Shown one piece after another: positions 36,701 to 48,701 of a stretch of DNA of 64,000 nucleotides. The notes beneath the pieces are model-generated. The model had not been told where the DNA came from, did no database searches, and saw nothing but the letters and a program-made list of their open reading frames with translations. This stretch comes from Pelomyxa schiedti (Eukaryota; Protista; Evosea): assembly GCA_020536535.1 (NCBI GenBank), contig JAHLWZ010000633.1, positions 43,407 to 107,406 on the forward strand, given 5' to 3'. Position 1 is the first letter of the stretch, and each line of letters opens with the position of its first letter. The position numbers and the translations under genes were made by a program.

Positions 36701-36956
36701 CAACCCGCCGCGCTCGGGGTGTGGATAAACGGTTGTTTTTGCAGGGTGATTTGGTCCCTTGTTTATTATTTACGCCGTGCCTGAGACAGGGACCGAGCTT
36801 TGCTGTTCAAGTGGAAGAAAAGTGCAACGTCTAATTTTTAGTTCCGGAAAACGTGCAGCGGGGCCGAGTGTGGCTCCAAATCAAATCGAAAAAAGAAAGA
36901 GAAATCAGTGCACTTTGCTGAAAGGTCCTTTTTTTTTTGTTGGGCTATTGTTACTA

Positions 36957-39900
36957 CTAACTTAGTGAAGGTGAGGAGGTGGATGTGGACAGGTGTTGAT
37001 CAGATTGAGTTGAGGGTGAATGTTGTAGTATTTGGGGATGGGGTGTGGCTTCTGGTGATGTTTGTTGCATAGGAGCCTGCTGCGGTGTTTGTTGCTGTTG
37101 TTCTGGGGTGTTGGTTGGTTGTGGTGACTGCTGGTGTGTGTTTTGTTGTTGCAAGTTAATTGTTTGGGATTGGGCCAGCTCGGATAGTAGCAGCTGGTGT
37201 TGCACTGAAAATGCCTGTTGTTGTGGGGTTAGATAGGAATTCACAGTTTGCTGTTGCGTTGCTTGCTTTATTTGGGGCAGAATTTGCTGAGGTGGTGACT
37301 GGTTGTTTTGTTGTACACGTGCGGATTGGGGTGTTGTTTGTTGTAGCAAGGGATTCTGGGAGTCCGGCTTTGTAGAAAACTGGGATTGATCAGCTGGTTG
37401 AGTGAGAATTTGTTGGAATTGTGGAAGACTTGGCGTGTTCAGTTGCATTTGTATCTGTGAGCTTTGCAGTTGAGGGAATGACTCTTGTATAGCCGGGTGC
37501 AACAAGTTGGCAGGCACTTGATTCGGTGTATTTTGCTGTGCCTGTTGGAGTGTCTGTGAGATGAGTTGGGTTTGAGGTGGAGTATGTGATTGGGGGCCTT
37601 GTACTTGCTGTGGGACAGAAAATTGTTGTGAGTTCTGTGCCAAGAGATGTTGGGTCATTGATTGCTGCAAATCTTGCTGGGAAAGTTGTACTTTTTCTTG
37701 TTCTAAAGGACTTTAAAATAACAGTAGATTAACTCATTCTTGTACATACGTATGAGTCTATGCCTCTTTGCTTGTATATTTTGCACCATTAAACTGATTT
37801 TTTCATAGACAGCAAGTGTATATGGGGAGTATGGATCAGACACTAAAGGTTGGGTAGTGTGCTGGGGTTCAGGTTCTTCTGGTCGTCGTCTTTTTGTTGG
37901 CAGTATCGAAGTTTGGGATTGCATTCTTTTTAGTTCCGCCGAGTGTGTGGCACACACTGTGCTCACCTATAAGCATTACTGTCTACTGGGAAGTATGAAG
38001 GAACGTGCCTCTGAAACCAAAACTGGATTGGGGCAAGTTACACCATTACTTGAATAAGTGCATTGTCGGAAAGTCTTTTGCTTGGGATCTTTGAGAATAT
38101 CTGTAGGAGACAATACAAGAGAAAATAAGCATTGAAAAGTTGAAAAGGAACTGAATTACGTTGAATGCAGTACATGGACTGAATGAGTGCTTTTCCCGTG
38201 CAACCACTGATGGCACACATCCTCTGTTGGGGATCTATGAGCATATCCAAAGCAGTGGCATATGCACTGTACATTCCATCTTCAGGTGTGGACAAATATT
38301 GCAAAGGATATTGTTGCTGTGAAGCAGTCTCACCAGTGCTTGGCATCGTTTGTTGTGTACTTTGAGTCTGCAGTTGCTGTGTGCCGTGGGTATCAGGCTG
38401 AGGATGTTGCATCATTGCTGGAATGTATTGTTGGGCAAAGGCGGCAGTCATGGATGTGTAATCAAGTCCTCCCATTGCTTGCGGGATTTGTGCCAGTGGG
38501 TGTTGTTGTTGCTGCTGCTCAATAAGTTGCAGGTCCACATCTTCACGAGGACGACGCTTCCTCTTTGGATGCTTGGTGACTGTAGACTAACGGCAATCAG
38601 TCAAGGGGATATTGAAGTCAGAAGATTCGGCTACAACCTCAGAAACAATTTGCCTCCTTTGGAGAAAGTAGCGCCGATGCTTTACTCGCAAGAGGTCTCT
38701 AAGTCTATGAAACTGTAGTTTATACAGTTTCAAGAGCTTCTGGATCTTTTGTTTCCTCCTCCTTGTCAGCTCCTCTTCAGTGAATATTGCAACATCTCTT
38801 AGTGAAGTTGTTGATAGTGAACTGCACAAGAAAACAGTGAATACCGCAAATAATCCGAGTCGGAATCTGAGGTATGTGCCTTGTGGTCCAGGAAGTCTGT
38901 GCTAATCAAATTTTGTTCCGCCTCGGAACCAGATGACTCAGAACCTGAGGCGGAGGGAACACTGGATGAAGACAGACCGTCAGATTCAAATCCTCTGAGT
39001 ATTGTGAAAGTTGAGAATGCGTAGGGCCCATACTTGGATATAAATGATTCTGCTGCAGCCGATAAATGGGATACCTCAAAAGAGGAAGCTGTTGTTGAGT
39101 TGGGTAACGAATCGCTCTTCGCATCTCTACGAGCCTCGTTCTGTAAAAATTATTATACGGGGCAGTCAAAATCTCCAACATGTTGGAATGTGAGTACAAC
39201 CTTCTGGGTTCTAAGTTGGTGCTTGTGCATAAGGTATGCACTGCTGTGCCCAATATTAAATTTCTGAAGAATTTTGCACAGTTTAGATCGAGCCTGCGCA
39301 CCTGAAAGCCTTACACATATTTAGAAGCAGCCAATCAAAAAAAGATAGGGAGGCACATTGGATCAACAGGCTGAGTGCTATTCGCCTGAGTTGAACTTGT
39401 ATATTGGGAACCAGAAACCGGCTGTGTTTGGTAGGTCTGGTGTTGCGCCTGGTGCTGCTGTTGCTGCTGCTGTTGCTGTTGGTAGAGTTGCTGCTGATAT
39501 TGTTGTAACTGGTACTGCTGCTGTGCAATTGAAGGAGGTTGTGGGGGTTGTGATTGCATAAATAGCTGCTGCTGCTGCTGACTAGACGGGGTTCTGTTCT
39601 GATATTGGCTTATTTGGGTGGGTGCACCGTGTGCGGGTGGCTGCGGCTGCCCGCCATCGCCCCCCGCCGGGGGAGACGACGAAGTGGTACCCATGAACTG
39701 GGCGGCGGGTTGGGCGACCCCGCTGGCCTGCTGCTGTTGCGACTGCGACGTGGTGGCTTGCTGCGGCGGGTACTGCGGCGGTGGGTTGGGCGCGTACTGC
39801 TGGTGCTGCGGGTTGGTGTAGGCGGGGGGCTGCTGGGCGGGACTGCTGCCGGTGGCGGTGGCCGGGGCAGTGGCCGAGGAGGGGGAAGAGGACAGGGAGG

Positions 39901-40000
39901 GCGCGGCCAGGGCACGAGTGGCGCGTGGTAATCCTTGTGCCCCCCCACCACCCGAGGTCATTGCCGCTGTTGACTCGGCGGTGCCTGCCTGGTGTTGCAT
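36957..40000 (-). CDS. INO80 subunit D / KANSL2-like protein (zf-C3Hc3H) embedded in Gln-rich low-complexity sequence
   Basis: EEELTRRRKQKIQKLLKLYKLQFHRLRDLLRVKHRRYF, then CAISGCTGKALIQSMYCIQ|HILKDPKQKTFRQCTYSSNGVTCPNPVL..|TVCATH. Confidence 0.8.
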
Positions 40001-40182
40001 TTTCTTTTCGCGAAAGTCATCAACTCTTGCCACCACCCAGTAAGTCCCTCCTACCTTATATCAGCGTTGCTCGACACAGTTTTGAAACGCTGGAAACCCC
40101 TATCATAAATCCAATAAACTCTCGCCAAGCCAATAAAACGGAAAAACCATGTTACTGCTAAGTACAAGACGAAACCAAGTTG

Positions 40183-41218
40183 TCATGGTTGTGTCACGCC
40201 CGCCTGTCCCCGGTTCCCACATTTGTCTTGGAAAATCAAGACATTAACATACCATAATATACCAGTGTTAACTGTGTTTGCATGTTAGAGTGGTAGAAAT
40301 TCGAGAAGAAACAATACATACTACAAATACTCTACCAGAGAACACTTGAGAAACCCAACACCTGAGGGCAGATTCCTCTTGAGGTGTTGGTTTGTTGCCT
40401 GAGAGCCTGAGATTGCAGATTGAGAGGCAATTTTCGTCTTGAGGTGAGCCACATACCATAATATACAAGTGTTAACTGTATCAGTGTATTCCAATTGAGG
40501 TACCACACCAAATAGTGGCACACCACCACAATCAATTATTATTAACATCATTGAACTGATATTGATTTCCCTTTTGGTGTGTTGTTAGATTTGTGTAACT
40601 GTGATACTATTTGTTGTGTTTTCGAGATGGATTAGTTAATTACTTGCTCTAGTTCTTACCAATCAACAAAAATTCCTTTTGACCTTACCCTTGCCAAATT
40701 CACCTCACAAGTGGTGAGTCCAACAGTGGTGGTATGAATGGTGTCAGATGCACCTTGTCAACTATCCATTCTAGAGCTGGTCTAAGGACAAATATGATCA
40801 TGCCGTGTATCTCAATACAATCACGTGCCTCTGCACTTTGTGCAGCATCAACAGACTCGAAAATTATGTACACACTCTCAGTAAAGAACCACAATTCCAT
40901 GGAACTAGAATGTGGGATTAACTATTTGGAAAACTACACAAGATACACAACAATCACGGACAGAGCACATAGAAAAGATCTTTTTGATTCCCCATCAAAA
41001 CTGACATACCTCAGCAATTTGTCAAAGACAGAGCAGGTGTCGAGATTCTTGCTCCTGCACCCCACCAGCCTCGTGGCCTCTGGTGGCAGGTGCTGCCCCT
41101 CAGGCACACATGTGTACCATCCCACTCCCCTGCCTTGGGACTCCCTGCTCCGTCGAACGACGACGTGGTGTTGATCGCGCGGTCGCCGCTCGCCGCGGTT
41201 GTTGTTGATGGCGCTCAT
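40183..41218 (-). CDS. Hypothetical protein, possibly a divergent RRM, with a duplicated microexon near its 3' end
   Basis: Spliced KNLDTCSVFDKLL|SSMELWFFTESVYIIFESVDAAQSAEARDCIEIHGMIIFVLRPA resembles RNP1-helix-strand. The 3' exons are inferred from GT-AG pairs only. Confidence 0.35.
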
Positions 41219-41640
41219 CGTCTTTCCGCGATGTGCCCGGCACTCCACTGTAACAAATTTCTGATATCAGAATCACCAAGGTAATTTTTACCTCGAGAGC
41301 AATCAAAAAAAAAAAACTCAACAAGCCCCGTGTGACGCAACTACACAGTAGCGCAACGCACTGCGAAGCATACAGTTCGAAAGTGATTGATACTCCTAAA
41401 CGACACCTAACTGCAGTAAAACAACACATAAAAATTGCATTATGTACAGTGTGTATAACACTACATTTGAAAATAAACCACAAATGTTACATCAAAAAAT
41501 AACTCAAACTCACATTCTGGAATAAGGAAGATCAGTAACATATAGTAACCCCATCACCCAAAGGGCTCATAAAGTTCCACCAAAGAAGATAGATGTACGT
41601 TCCATCATATTTAACAACAATATCACATTACTAACAATGT

Positions 41641-41791
41641 TTTTACAGGAATTGGAAGAAGTAAAAACGTCAAATGATCTCTGGGCCAGAGACAAGGTTG
41701 CCCTTTGTTGATAACAATTCTTCCACTGTACCAACCTTGTCTCTGGCCCAGAGATCATTTGACGTTTTTACTTCTTCCAATTCCTGTAAAA
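41641..41791. repeat. Perfect 60-bp inverted repeat (41641..41700 / 41732..41791) with a 31-nt spacer
   Basis: The arm ttttacaggaattggaagaagtaaaaacgtcaaatgatctctgggccagagacaaggttg and its exact reverse complement. The ORF track shows the same peptides on both strands. Confidence 0.95.
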
Positions 41792-42560
41792 CATTGACCT
41801 CTGTAAACCAGCACCATCATACATTCTGTACCCTGCATACTGGTGGTGTGGGTTGTTTGGCTGTTTATGATCTGACTTTACCATCACCTATGACAAATAT
41901 TACTGCCCATTTGTAAATAAGTAAGCTAAAAGCTAAAAGCTAAAGTGGGGCTGTTGCAGTGAATGCACATCCAAGAGAAAAGATAAGTTTCCTTATAAGA
42001 AAGTTGAGTGCTTTGGAAAAGGGGAAAAATTCTATTATTTTTAAGTTTAATATTTGGGCCAGTTCAATCAATGCAAACATTTGTTTCAACACAGCATTTG
42101 ATCATGAGTGATCACACCAATTATGCACAAAAGGATTCAACTGAGTTGTGAAGAGAAGAGCCAACTGTTGACATCGGGATGTTGTGTGTGTTGCTCATGC
42201 TTATAAGCCTGCACATGGAAGGTGTAATTCAGTGTGGAAGGTTCAACTCACGCTTCTCCAGGTGCATGTATATGCAAATCAGCTGAGGTGCAGTCGGTGG
42301 ATGTCTGGTGAACTTCTCAATGTGGGAGGGAGTAGGCTTTCCTACTTAGGGGTTAGTCTGACTGTGGACAAGTTGTTCTTTGTTTCATTGAGTAATTCCT
42401 CCAAGATATTTTTCTCCAGGAACTGAGCTTTGCTTCACTGTCCCAGTTGCAGCATCACCAAAGCACTGCATTGCAAATGTCACTTTGTGCCTGTGGAAGT
42501 GATTGTTCAACAATTCTTTGAGATGTTAAACTCAAATTTTTGTTGTAATGGGTCAAGGTA
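41670..42560 (-). CDS. Possible multi-exon hypothetical protein ending inside the inverted repeat
   Basis: Short protein-like frames bounded by GT/AG (AQFLEKNILEELLNETKNNLST; EVNVLQELEEVKTSNDLWARDKVGTVEELL..GPEII*). No family recognised. Confidence 0.25.
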
Positions 42561-43249
42561 ACAGTCCTCATGAGGGACTGTATTATTACTTTCTTTCCTC
42601 TTTTTCTCCCACTCATTTTCAAACACCTGAACACCCTGGTTTCAGATTTTTTTTTTCGGGTTGATCTGTTAGGGGAATGGCCGCTTTTATGTTGTCGTCG
42701 TGTAGCACAAAAACATCACAGCAAACCACAACACTAAGCACAACATTTGTGGGGCAAACCGCCCATCAACCTCAAATACACTGTGCATCCTGAGACAACA
42801 ACGTTGTTTGAGGCACTTGTTGTTTTCGCCCTGGGAAGTTTTTTAAAACATAGAGGCTTTTCCTGAGGATACCTTTATGGTAAGGGATTCACCCTTTATG
42901 AACCAGATATGCAACATGCCGGAATGACGGAACCCAGCCATGACCAACAGCGCTACTTCGAGGTATGTTTATTCTTCACTTTTTTGGAAAGTCATGTGGA
43001 TGGCAAGGCATACAACGGTCAGACCCGGCTCCCTTGCTCCTGCATCCTCCGTGTGCTCCCAGACCCCAGCATGCTGGCTCTGGCTACACATGCAGCACTG
43101 CTGTGCTTGCTCCAGCAGCCCACTACACCCACGCGTAAGGGAGGAGGATAAAAAAGCTAGACATTTTGGAAGAAAAATGGAGAACCCAAAACAGGTTTTT
43201 CCCATTTTGGAGGCCAATCTCTGTATGGGGACTTGTAAGGCATTAGGTG

Positions 43250-44857
43250 TTATACTTGAAGCTTGATTTTATGTACCAAATGGCCCAAGGTGACACCCAG
43301 TAGAAGCAAGGCCACGAGTAACACAGTGTGGGTGTATTTGTAGATTGTGGTGGTTGATGGTTCTGGTGGTGTTGTTGTGTGCGTATCACCAGCAACAGCT
43401 GGCAGGTGCTCCACTGGAAGCACTTTGATGCTCGCGCGGTTGTGGAAGAACGATTTCTGCATGTCTGCAACGGTTTCGCTGTCTTGTATCCATTGTATGG
43501 TCAAGGACCTTGTTGGGGGAGTGAATTGATAAAATTGAACAGTAAGGAAGTGCTGGAACCTCCGAGCAACTGCAACTGGGTCAAAAGCCCAAAATATGGC
43601 CATGAGAGGCCACAGAAATAGGCTCTCTGGGTCAGTGAGTCGTTTGCCAAAATAGGGTGGCAGGTTGGTGTTTCCATAGTACCCTTCAGTTGCAGCTCGG
43701 ATGCTTCCTGCAAGAACTGATCTGTGAATATAAGAAAGAGATATAAGAAAGGGATTGGAGGAACAACCAGAAAACTTGTTTTTTGTACATAAATTCAAGA
43801 CATTCTCGATAAAAATTTGCCCCAACTGAATCAGGTTCAATGGAGAAGCAACCCATAAACCCTCCATCTCTTGTCAGTTCGGCGATAGCTCTGTAAAAAG
43901 GTCAGTGGGGGCTACCCAGAACGGGATATTAATACCTGAAGGATGAGGCATCAGAAACTGTGTTGAAGCGGTCACAACCCAAACCAATTGTCAGTAAAAT
44001 CTTGGTTCCTTTGAGCTAATTTATTGAGGGTACATAGCTGAAACTTTCAGCTTGATGCCAGGAAGTAGTGCCACAGTGGCAACTGATACAGCATCCTCAA
44101 GAGGGTCGCCCAGACCTGACACCATTTCAGGCTAAAATAATGCGGCATGTTACTGGGGTTCATAACGCAAACCTGCTTCATTACCCCTCATAAGACTGTC
44201 AGAGCCACCATCAATAATTACAAAAGCATCAATACTGTGTTCGTCGATAAATTTCTGTGCCCAAAGTGAGTTGAGATTCCACAAGCAGTCCATGTAATGG
44301 GAGAAACCAAATAAAGTTTACTCAGAAGTGATACAGTAAAAGACCTTGCATAGTATGCATATATGAAATGTGGAGCACTCTCAGGAAATTTTTCATCCAA
44401 GAAAGCACAAATATTGATTTCTGGGGCATAGTGCCAATCCCCTTCACTTTGTGCTGTCACCTTCTACTGGTATGGTAACTTACTAGTAATATAACAAAAG
44501 CATGAAACCTTCACCAAGGCCTTTTGGTGCTGGAAAAAAACCTCAGAATTCCCTTGAATTCTGTCCGGGTCGCCAAAAGAGTAGCTGCCAATGACAACCC
44601 TCTTTTTCATCCTCATCAACTCAGGATACAAGTTCATTCCATGAACCTGCGTTTAGCCGTCGAACAGTACAGGCACTTTAGTTTGTTGCTGTTGCTGCTG
44701 ATGATGTACACACAAAGTCGAAGCCGCCGCCGCACCCGCACAGCATCACAGTTTTGATGTCGGGTTCAGCAAGTCTGTGCAACGCCGAAGGCAGAAACAA
44801 ACTCATGGGAGCAGCGGTCGGTGCACCCACGCCTGCTGACTCCTCCTTGTCCCCCAT
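43250..44857 (-). CDS. DUF1152-family protein with a C-terminal transmembrane anchor
   Basis: TVMLCGCGGGFDF, VVIGSYSFGDP, YAPEINICAFL, IDAFVIIDGGSDSLMRGNEAG|LGDPLEDAVSVATV, GLGCDRF, LFLWPLMAIFWAFDPVAVA. C-terminal TVLLVALLLLGVTLGHLV. Confidence 0.8.
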
Positions 44858-45040
44858 TGTTTGACAACATCATCCACACCAAAGAAAAGCACCATCCACA
44901 GAGGAATTAGGGGCCCGCATTAAACAACAAAAGTTCCACCATCTCCTGGTGGCATTCCAGAGGAAGGATCCATCCCCCATTCTCTACCTTGGAAAGTCAC
45001 AAACACCCAGAAGAAGACACACAAATTGGCCACACACAAA

Positions 45041-47319
45041 ATGGAGAACGAGGGGAGCGGCGGGGACAGGGCAGACACGGGGACGGGGTGGCGGGCGACG
45101 GCGGCCCTCGTAGCCGTGGTGGTGGTCGGGTCGTGCGGCCTGGCTGTGGTAGTGGCCAACACGATGTCGCTGGGCCGCAGCCACTTGCTAGATCTGCTGG
45201 CGCTGCTGCCGTCGCCGACCGACAACGACGACCGTGATCCCATCATCGAGACCGTGCTGGCCAGGATATCCGCTGCTGCCGTGCGCGATTGTGACTGTGC
45301 CTGTGACTGTGATTGTGGTTGTGGCTGTGGCTGTGATTGTGATTGTGACTGTGATTGTGATTGTGGTTGTGAGTGTGAGTGTGGTTGTGTCTGAGATTGT
45401 GGGCGGGGAGGGGGTGGTTGTGAATGCGATTTCCTATGTTTAGTATTTAGTTAGGATATACAATCTCAAACCAAACAGATGGATGCTCACTGGAAGTATT
45501 TTTCTGCTGAATCACTTGGGGGAAGGTTCACAGGGAGTGATGGGGAGAACGCGGCTTCGTTGTACGCAGCTACACATATGAACCTGTGGGGATTAGAACC
45601 TGCTGGTGATGACGGGACTTTCTTCCAGAATGTTCCGCTGCAGGTTATTCTTTATTTATGTATTTCTTTGAGAATCGGATAGGATTACTTTAAGTTGGTT
45701 AGTTCTAATCTGTATTATTGGGGAATAGGAGGTGACACCAATAGAGGCAAGTGAGATGACACTGGACTATACATATGGGTATCTGAATCTCTCATGGTAT
45801 GATGATTTTGTCGCTACTACTGAGATGCCTCTGGCTGCTATCCAGTCTCTGGAACTTGTAGACGAAGGCAAATTCCATGAAAGCGATTTCGAGTTGTCTC
45901 ACCCACTCCCCAGAACTGGTTTTCATTGGATATGGCATCAATAGTCCTGATATTGGGTGGAATGACTACAAACTGGACTTAAAAGGAAAAGTTGTCATTT
46001 GCTTCGTGGGTCAACCTTCAACTGGCATTTGGGAAAATCAGACATACCATTGGGAATCACGCTGGCTGTACAAGTTCGTGCCAGTGATCAATCTGTACTC
46101 CCTTTTCCCAACGTTGTGCATTTAGGTACGAAGAAGCGGCTCGTCAAGGGGCCAAAGCAATTTTCCTTGTCCACACATCCAATAGCACTGGCTGGGGGTG
46201 GAGTTTGGCCCAAGCTGCGTGGGGCTACAGCAAGGCAAGAATGGAGCCGACTAGTACCAGTTCACTTCACTTCACTGGGTGGGTGAGGTCCCGTCATTCC
46301 TCGACTGGGCTTAATATTCACATTCCGCAGATTACTGAACACTGCGGAGAGCAGATAGCCTCATTCTGTAATTCATCTCTAAATGAATGGCGGAATGATG
46401 CTGAGTTACGTGACTTCAGGCCCAAAACAATTCCACTGAGAATATCTGTTGCAGTCACCTTCAGTAATCACCAACCTGACAGAATCGTACTCTTCTAACA
46501 TTCAAAAAGCATGCTCGGCGCTCAATGGCACCAATACCCTGGCGAAAAGGCAAGGAGAAACAAATGAAACTATCATCGTTGTGGGACATATTGATGGCAC
46601 TGGAACCAAAAATGGCACTGCATACCCAGGGGCTATTGATAATGCTGCTGGATCAAGCCTTGTGATGGATATGGCTTTTGCTTGGTCCCATATAATGTAG
46701 TTCCAGACTTGGGATTTTCTTTAACTCTCTGAATAGGAAGGACACTCTTAAGAGGACAATAGTTTTCTTACTTGTCACCGCAGAAGAGGCAGGGCTATTG
46801 GGCTCGGAATATTTTGTCAACAACATTCCTTCCGCCCTTACTGGCGCAAACCTTGTTGCTGTGCTTAATTATGATTGTCCTAACACTTGGGGCCCCACAA
46901 AAGACATTGACGCTATTGGAATAGACAAGACTACGATGGGGAAACTGTTCAGATTGGCTGCCAACAAGGAAGATATCACTTATTATGAAACTGGTTCAGG
47001 ATCTAGTTACTACCGCAGTGACATTTGGTCTTTTGCGAAACAAGGCATTCCTTCTGTGTGGGTTGGCTCAGGTACCTCTGATCACTATCACTGCAATATT
47101 TGACGCGATTACCCAGGAAGCGATTTCCTGGACAAGCCCACAAACTATTTGGAAGATGTTATCAAATATGAAACGGATTGCTATCATGCACCCTGTGATG
47201 CATATCGTGCCAACTCTGACCTTGGTGGAATGGTACAAAGTGCCAGAGTTGGGCTAAGAATAGCCTACGCAATTGCCACAGGGGAGAACACACCAGAATG
47301 CATCAATAATTGCCGATAG
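45041..47319 (+). CDS. M28 family zinc metallopeptidase with PA domain and N-terminal membrane anchor (bacterial type)
   Basis: LGGRFTGSDG, GLEPAGDDGTFFQNVPL, FIGYGINSPDIGWNDYKLDLKGKVV. Zinc ligands GHID, DNAAG, TAEEAGLLGS, LNYD, YH; also YYRSDIWSFAKQGIPS. Intron 1 is 45281..45478. Confidence 0.9.
45290..45388 (+). repeat. (TGTGRY)n-type hexamer tandem repeat in intron 1 of the M28 gene
   Basis: tgtgac/tgtgat/tgtggt/tgtggc/tgtgag units, read directly. Confidence 0.9.
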
Positions 47320-47400
47320 ATTTACAAATATAAGATGTTGTAAACTTTTATTTATTCTAATGGCACATGCCTATACAAATGATGGGTTTTCAATGTGATG

Positions 47401-48587
47401 TCAACGCCGACAGTAAGGGTATGTATTGTCAATTAGCAGAAAACGAGCCGAAGGAGCACTGATCTGGAGGAACTTAGTATTTGATGCGGAGTCTTCCCAC
47501 AATGGAGCCCTCCGCCATGCCTTTTCGTGCAAAGAGCATGTGTGAGGAGGTCCAGGAATTGGTGCATATGACAAAATCATTCTCTTCACCTCGGAAGGAA
47601 GCTTCAGGAATGAATCAGTTTGTATGAACCAAGTGTTAATACATACCTTGGACCACAATGGGGAAGTGGAAAGAACTAAAATGAATGCACCATCAAGTCT
47701 GCACCTACGAAATGAAACCTCCATGACCAGGTCCACCGCTTCCCCATCAGTGAAGGTCCAAACATTCTCTACACCGAAAGGGAAGCAGTCACAACCCTGC
47801 TTCAGTGACACTCCTGTTGCGGCAATGCCAGAGTTCAGAACACACTTTTGAGGCTCGAACTCATAATACTCAGCAACCTGAATGTTGCCAGTCAGCAACA
47901 ATGGGTAGCAATCAGACTGATCCAGCCTCCGGCGGAGTTCTTTTTCTGTTGCAACTTTGGGTCGGTCTGCTACACGTATCATGTGTGGTGCAGTAGTCGC
48001 TGCTTTCCAGGTCTTCAGAGTTGCTGGTGTAAGGTCCCGGCAGCATAAGGAATTTCCCACATAGCACCGCACTGGTGAGGTGTTTAAACTGAGTACTTTT
48101 GATGGCCACCATCCTTGTTTTGTAACTATTTGTCCCACAGTAACCTGTGGTAATTTAGCCCCAGACATTCCCACACTATGTATCAACCATTGAAACAAAG
48201 ACAAAAAAAACCAGAGAACTCACTAGGGGTTAAAAAACAGGGGTGTTTGATGATAATAACCTTGACATTGAGGGTCGTGCAGGGGGTGTTATCGAAAACA
48301 GCCATGTTGGCTCTCACAGGCTTCCTGGAAAGGCAACGCAGTCTGTCCCACGTCGCACGTGCGTAGAGGTACACGCAATAGACGAGGCCGACGACCAACC
48401 ACGGCACCCATAATGGCAATGAGACCCACGAGCTCGGGCTGCTCTGAGGCGCCCACGGCCTGAGAGCCCCGCCCAGCAGCGTGCAGAACGAAACCCCATT
48501 CCTGGGCCTTAGCCCGATATCAACCAATCCCCGGTCGAGACTTGCCTTTGTTTCCCAGGCCCTCACCCAGTCCTTGCCGCTCTGCAT
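47401..48587 (-). CDS. Hypothetical protein with an N-terminal TM segment and a C-terminal F-box-like motif
   Basis: ORF 48183..48587 (LPLWVPWLVVGLVYCVYLYA) probably splices to ORF 47401..48204, which contains FLKLPSEVKRMILSY. Confidence 0.5.
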
Positions 48588-48590
48588 CTC

Positions 48591-48628
<38 letters not shown>

Positions 48629-48701
48629 GTCGCCGATCGGCACGCCTTTCGTATTCGGTTTTTCTTGATCGGATCTGTCAAAGCCATCCATCACTGGCAC
48701 A

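Noticed and set aside
40700-40900. BRCT-like reading of EWIVD in the hypothetical gene
   Set aside because: The Gly-Gly and TH-hydrophobic BRCT motifs are missing. An RRM-like reading fits slightly better, and both are weak.
41925-41947. Short (AAAGCT)x3 repeat and intronic (TTTG)n/(GCTT)n runs at about 17240 and 23010 as CRISPR-like or telomeric arrays
   Set aside because: Simple microsatellites without spacers, too short, and located in introns or intergenic sequence.
42680-43240. Overlapping short ORFs (42909..43151, 42940..43266, 42969..43217) as a small gene
   Set aside because: No consistent exon chain or recognisable motif on either strand.
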